From contig JBNKBE010000010.1 of NCBI GenBank assembly GCA_050287085.1, positions 1-64,000 of the forward strand: a stretch of 64,000 nt of DNA, in the 5' to 3' direction. Origin of the DNA: Polyangiaceae bacterium (GTDB lineage Bacteria > Myxococcota_A > Polyangia > Polyangiales > Polyangiaceae). Below, piece by piece: positions 61,640-64,000 of this stretch. Each line of letters starts with the position of its first letter. Position 1 is the first letter of the stretch. The translations under genes and the position numbers were made by a program. The notes under the pieces were generated by a model. It was not told the DNA's origin and ran no database searches. It was given only the letters and a program-made list of their open reading frames with translations.

Positions 61640-62740
61640 TTGCCGGACGTAGTTGATGTGGGCGTTTCTGTGGTGGTGCCCACCTACCGAGAGGTGCTCA
61701 ATCTTCCCCTTCTGTTGCCTCGTTTGGCCGAAGTCCGGAAGACGAGTCAACTCGACCTCGAAGTGCTGATCATGGATGACTCCAGCCGTGATGGTTCAGC
61801 CGAGGCGGTTGCTGAACTCGGTCTGCCGTGGGTGCGTTTCGTCGAGCGAACGTCCAATCGCGGGCTCAGTCCGGCAGTGGTCGACGGTCTGCGCTTGTCG
61901 AGCAAAGAGTACGTGGTGGTGATGGACGCGGATCTAAGCCACCCCGCAGAAAAGATCCCCGAGCTGCTCGCGCTGCTCCAGCGCGGTCGAGACTTTGCGA
62001 TTGGGTCGCGCTATGTTGCGGGTGGAACAACCGACGACGATTGGGGGCTATTTCGGTGGCTCAACAGCCGCATAGCGACGCTTCTGTGCCGTCCGTTGAC
62101 CTCTGCATTAGACCCTATGGCGGGTTTCTTCGCGATGCGCCGCGATGACATTCATTTCGAGCTGCTCAATCCGATCGGCTACAAGATCGGCCTAGAGCTC
62201 ATCGTCAAGTGCGGGCTTCGTGTGGTCGGGGAGGTGCCCATCCATTTTACCGACCGGACCCTAGGCGAGAGCAAGCTCAGTCTGAGGGAGCAGCTCAAGT
62301 ATCTGCAGCATCTTCGCCGGCTCTACATATTTCGATTTGGCACCTGGTCGGAGTTTGTGCAGTTCGCGATGGTTGGCACGAGCGGTGTGGTCGTCAATCT
62401 GGTGGTGCTTTCCCTCCTGCTGTGGGCTGGTCTTGAGCGTGACGTCGCGATTGCGCTAGCCATTGCTGTGAGCATGGTGACTAACTTCGGTCTCAATCGA
62501 CGTTTCACCTTCAGCTATGCGCGGTCTGATAGCATCATCAAGCAGTTCTTCGGCTTCGTCTCGGCATCCGCGGTGGGTGCGGCCATCAACTACCTATCGA
62601 CGCTGGGAATTCTAAGCTTGTGGCCCACCCTTTGGGTACAGCTGGCGGCCCTCGGTGGGGTGTTGATGGGGCTTGGCTTCAATTTCGTTGCCAATCGCTT
62701 TCTCGTTTTCAGGAAGCGACACATACGTCCTCGCGACTAG
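61640..62740 (+). CDS. GT2 polyprenol-phosphate glycosyltransferase (DPM1-like) fused to GtrA domain
   Basis: SVVVPTYRE, DDSSRDG, VMDADLSHP, GSRY, DPMAGFF, GESK; GtrA FAMVG..NFGLNRRFTF..NRFLVF. Start 61640 or 61658. Confidence 0.9.
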   Translation: MPDVVDVGVSVVVPTYREVLNLPLLLPRLAEVRKTSQLDLEVLIMDDSSRDGSAEAVAELGLPWVRFVERTSNRGLSPAVVDGLRLSSKEYVVVMDADLSHPAEKIPELLALLQRGRDFAIGSRYVAGGTTDDDWGLFRWLNSRIATLLCRPLTSALDPMAGFFAMRRDDIHFELLNPIGYKIGLELIVKCGLRVVGEVPIHFTDRTLGESKLSLREQLKYLQHLRRLYIFRFGTWSEFVQFAMVGTSGVVVNLVVLSLLLWAGLERDVAIALAIAVSMVTNFGLNRRFTFSYARSDSIIKQFFGFVSASAVGAAINYLSTLGILSLWPTLWVQLAALGGVLMGLGFNFVANRFLVFRKRHIRPRD

Positions 62741-62773
62741 CGGGGGAAGTCGGACGCAGAGGAGCAACATCAT

Positions 62774-64000
62774 ATGAGCCCCAAACGCGAAGTAGTCGAG
62801 GTGATGATTGGACTCTTGCTAGGGGTGATCGGAGTCGCATTATCCCGAGTCGGCTTCGACGCATGGGGGGAGGATTTTGCGCCGCAGTACATGTCGGCGT
62901 GGATGGTCCGCGAGGGGCTGAACGTCTATGACTTTGCCGTCCAGACGGATGGCTACATGCGTCACATTGGGCATGTCACCACCTGGGCGCACTTCTATCC
63001 TCCGGCCGCTTCGGTGGCGGCCCTGCCAGCTACGCTCGTGCCCTACCCTATTGCGCGCGAGCTCTGGTTCGTCGTGGCTTACCTCGTGATGTTCGTTGGC
63101 GTGTGGCGCTTCTTGGAGGGCTATTTCCCGGCTTGGTCGCGTTCACGAAGGGTGCTCATCATTGGGGCCTTATGCTGCGCCGCAGCCATTCGATGGGGCT
63201 TCAAAGTGGCGCAGCCGGGGTCGATTGTTCTCGGCTTGTTCGGCTTGTTTCTGGTCGAAATTCGACGCGACAAGACGTTGGTGCCGCTGCTCTGCGGCGT
63301 TCTGGTGGTGTCATTCAAGGTGACGTTCGGACTGCCTTTTTTCCTCATCGCCGCAGCGCGGGGGCGATACACGATGGTGGCGTTCATGCTCTTCGTGTGG
63401 GGCGTTCTCAACATCGTGGGGTTGTGGGCGATGGGCGGGCCCGAGATCATCACGGATTACATGCACAACATGGCCGAGTTGGAACGACCCGACCAGCTCA
63501 ACTATCCTGACCCAAGAGGCGGCAATTCTCTGGCTCGCACGGACTGGCCGTATCTGCTCAATACCTTCGTTCCGAGTCTGAGCGTCAACAAGGTGATCGG
63601 TCACGTGCTGAGCGTCCTTGCCTTTTCGTGGCTCGGTTGGGAAGTATGGGCTCATCGCACCCTTGTTCGGGCCGGGTCCAAAGCCGTTGACATTGCGCTG
63701 GCGGCGAGCGCTACGGCGCTTTCGCTCTTGGTCGTATATCATCACCACTACGACATGAGTCTGCTGCTTCTGCCGCTCATCGCCATAGCGGGTAGCGCCG
63801 TGCACCGCCGACAGCCTGCTGCTTGGTGGTATATTCTTCCGGTGGTGGCCTACGCAGGGCTATATCCCTATGCGATAGGCGCTCGTGCGGCGACATGGGT
63901 GCTCGGCGTCGAGTACGGATTCGTCGCCAAAGCATTGGCTGTGTGTGTTTGTCTCTGTGCTTTTATCAGCTCCACATGGCTACTCCATGTGTTGCTGCGC
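62774..64000 (+). CDS. GT87/DUF2029-like GT-C membrane glycosyltransferase, runs off the window
   Basis: Absent from the ORF track because it has no stop in the window. Manual translation: MSPKREVV..EDFAPQY..GLNVYD..FYPP..ARELW..VAQP..SFK..HHHYDMSLLLLP, with many TM segments. Confidence 0.8.
   Translation, partial: MSPKREVVEVMIGLLLGVIGVALSRVGFDAWGEDFAPQYMSAWMVREGLNVYDFAVQTDGYMRHIGHVTTWAHFYPPAASVAALPATLVPYPIARELWFVVAYLVMFVGVWRFLEGYFPAWSRSRRVLIIGALCCAAAIRWGFKVAQPGSIVLGLFGLFLVEIRRDKTLVPLLCGVLVVSFKVTFGLPFFLIAAARGRYTMVAFMLFVWGVLNIVGLWAMGGPEIITDYMHNMAELERPDQLNYPDPRGGNSLARTDWPYLLNTFVPSLSVNKVIGHVLSVLAFSWLGWEVWAHRTLVRAGSKAVDIALAASATALSLLVVYHHHYDMSLLLLPLIAIAGSAVHRRQPAAWWYILPVVAYAGLYPYAIGARAATWVLGVEYGFVAKALAVCVCLCAFISSTWLLHVLLR

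Overview
High-GC bacterial window with a myxobacterial (Polyangia-like) gene repertoire; the taxon is inferred from gene content only. It starts with the 3' end of an rRNA operon (23S, 5S) followed by three decayed IS remnants (IS21 istB, IS3-type, ISAs1). Housekeeping loci are groES-groEL, tRNA-Lys(CTT) and rmlA-C-B-D. Carbohydrate-related genes are an MFS transporter, a CE2-like SGNH esterase, a second esterase, a lipoprotein mutarotase and a GT2-GtrA/GT87-like/sulfotransferase group. There are two Ser/Thr kinases and many lipoproteins. The best leads are: (1) an ammonium transporter tightly linked to a DUF4388/PATAN-roadblock protein and a roadblock protein, with no glnK; (2) three divergent DUF1592-family lipoprotein + Tat-exported DUF1552 pairs, one with CX3CH instead of CXXCH; (3) a coiled-coil/multi-TM/P-loop ATPase/winged-helix protein translationally coupled to MscS; (4) an ECF sigma factor with an altered DAED motif coupled to a soluble Ser/Thr kinase; (5) a secreted His-Cys caspase/CHAT-like protein with 29-aa helical repeats. 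Two otherwise intact genes carry single-base frameshifts in G5 runs, which may be assembly errors. All family calls are motif recognition by eye; no searches were run.
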